Below, piece by piece: positions 14,327 to 15,677 of a stretch of DNA of 15,677 bases; positions within the stretch are counted from its first letter, which is position 1, and each line of letters starts with the position of its first letter. The stretch lies in the UHGV virus genome UHGV-1824706; one strand, given 5' to 3'. The notes under the pieces were generated by a model. The model did not search any database, was not told where the DNA came from, and saw only the letters and a program-made list of their open reading frames with translations. Position numbers and translations under genes: made by a program. Source of the DNA: a virus.

Positions 14327-14518
14327 ATGACCGATACCAGCCTGATTCCTGAGAAAGAAGTGATGAACAAGCTCGGTGTTTCATCACGTCAGACAATCTG
14401 GAACTATACCAAACGGCACGGATTTCCGAAGCCAGTCAGAACCCACCCAAAATCATACCTTCGTGAAGCTGTTGAAGGGTGGATTCTTAACGGTGGCGTT
14501 AATCAGAAATGCTCCTGA
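14327..14518 (+). CDS. AlpA-family excisionase / transcriptional regulator (63 aa)
   Basis: MTDTSLIPEKEVMNKLGVSSRQTIWNYTKRHGFPKP is typical of AlpA/Xis-type HTH proteins; adjacent to the integrase. Confidence 0.7.
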   Translation: MTDTSLIPEKEVMNKLGVSSRQTIWNYTKRHGFPKPVRTHPKSYLREAVEGWILNGGVNQKCS

Positions 14519-15677
14519 TGTGCCAGAACAATTTATCAGCGTGAAGCTCATACGCTTTGCGCTGAGCCTCTATCCAATCGTGTTTATTGTATACGGACAT
14601 TATCCCGCCAAGTTCATGACCGAGCATTCGCTCAGTAACATGAGGCTCGACATTCATCTCGGACAGACGTGTAACAAGCGTTCTTCTGAAATCATGTGTT
14701 CGCCAGTAACCCAGATCCATCCCTCCCCTTATTCTATTTACGAATCGGTTGGCTGCAGCGATGCTGATCGGTTTGTTTATGTCTTCTCCAGGGAAAAGAA
14801 CATCATTGTACGTTGTCATGGCCTTTTCGAGAAAAGGCTTAATTTGTTCGAAGATTGGACGGCGGATAACGTTACCCATCTTGCTATGCTCTTTCGGTAC
14901 GGTCCATACGTTGTCCAGCAGGTCAAATTCTGTCTTTGTTGCCAGCCTAAGCTCTGAGAGCCTCGCCCCCCACAGCATAAGCATCTGATGAAGGAGCTTA
15001 TTTGACGTAGACGCACGGCTTCTTTCAATAGCAAGCCAAATCTTAGCCAGTTCGTGATACGACAGTACCCGATCCCCTACCTCAGCGCGGGAGCCGAAGT
15101 CCCTTGGCTGGATGCTCATAATTGCGCAACTATCTATCAACTGACGTCGCATGCACCAACTTATTGCTGATCTTAGTTGACTTAGCACCTGCCTTGCTCG
15201 GCGTGGATTATCTTTTTCTTCTTCGGTAAGCAGGTCAACCCATTGCTTAACCGTTATAGAAGATGCCGGTCGATTAGGGAAGGCGTCATGCATGCGCTTC
15301 ATAACCGTTGATCGGTAAAGTGCCTGGGTCTTTTCTCTGAGAGTTGTAGAGACGTAGTTGTCGAACCAGTAGTCGAGACACTGGGCGACCGTCATGGAGT
15401 TCTCCACCTTCTCTTCAAAATAGGTGCGTGGATCCGTTCCTGAGAAATAGAGCTTTCGCAAGTCAGCAGTGATCTGTCTGGCATCCTTCAAAGACAGGGA
15501 TGGGTATCGACCAAGCCCAAGTCGATTAGGCTTGCCATGCCAGCGATAGCGGTACTGGAACTGGATGACCCCCTTCGGTGAAATTCGTACGCTGAGGCCA
15601 TCGGCATCAGCCACTTCTTGTGGGCCCGAATATGGTTTACCATAAATACTACGCAGTTTTGTGTCGCTTATAGCCAT
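14499..15677 (-). CDS. P4-type tyrosine integrase (392 aa); start codon is the last 3 nt of the window
   Basis: N-terminal arm-binding-type domain (KLRSIYGKPYSGPQE...GLGRYPSLSLKDAR), catalytic HDFRRT box and LGHELGGIMSVYNKHDW with the Tyr nucleophile. Confidence 0.9.
   Translation of the reverse strand: MAISDTKLRSIYGKPYSGPQEVADADGLSVRISPKGVIQFQYRYRWHGKPNRLGLGRYPSLSLKDARQITADLRKLYFSGTDPRTYFEEKVENSMTVAQCLDYWFDNYVSTTLREKTQALYRSTVMKRMHDAFPNRPASSITVKQWVDLLTEEEKDNPRRARQVLSQLRSAISWCMRRQLIDSCAIMSIQPRDFGSRAEVGDRVLSYHELAKIWLAIERSRASTSNKLLHQMLMLWGARLSELRLATKTEFDLLDNVWTVPKEHSKMGNVIRRPIFEQIKPFLEKAMTTYNDVLFPGEDINKPISIAAANRFVNRIRGGMDLGYWRTHDFRRTLVTRLSEMNVEPHVTERMLGHELGGIMSVYNKHDWIEAQRKAYELHADKLFWHIRSISD

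Larger units (their letters stand above)
1..15677. mobile_element. Lambdoid (lambda-like, mosaic) prophage segment: integration, recombination, immunity, replication, nin and late-antitermination modules
   Basis: Gene order int-xis...N-cI-cro-cII-O-helicase-nin-Q-PR'; divergent cI/cro with operators; nut sites; integrase at window edge. Both window ends are inside the element. Confidence 0.9.

Noticed and set aside
14376-14988. Plus-strand 193-aa and 79-aa ORFs inside the integrase
   Set aside because: Antisense to the integrase, which has clear catalytic motifs; no RBS.

Overview
This window reads as the early/regulatory arm of a mosaic lambdoid prophage of an enterobacterial (E. coli-like) host, with no host genes visible. 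No tRNA, rRNA, CRISPR array or IS element was seen. All calls come from reading the sequence and ORF track and from recalled family features; nothing was searched against a database. Right to left the layout is: a P4-type tyrosine integrase at the right edge (minus strand, start codon on the last 3 nt) convergent with an AlpA-like excisionase; a plus-strand PL-type operon (N-like antiterminator, orf28/ral-like pair, cIII-like, Rad52-type annealing protein plus SSB, Ea22-like and DUF550/551-like accessory genes); an immunity region (OL/PL, nutL, cI-type repressor with a co-transcribed small membrane protein, OR/PRM/PR, cro); then a minus-strand PR operon (nutR, cII, O-like initiator with internal ori iterons, DnaB-type helicase, a nin region with NinB, Dam-type methyltransferase, NinE/NinF-like, Rha antirepressor, YbcO-like, RusA, NinH-like, and Q), ending in the PR'/qut/6S RNA/tR' unit. 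Q, NinB, the 6S leader and ral/orf28 look lambda-identical or nearly so from memory, while the immunity, replication and integration modules are not lambda. I could not identify a single clear novel system; the best candidates are (1) the 122-aa membrane protein downstream of cI in the rexAB position, (2) an orphan 207-aa protein with its own terminator in the N-cIII hotspot, (3) a terminator-flanked non-coding segment before cIII, (4) an oop-like antisense unit plus an unannotated 53-aa basic ORF between cII and O, and (5) an SSB whose conserved DDDIPF tail is buried under a 15-residue extension.
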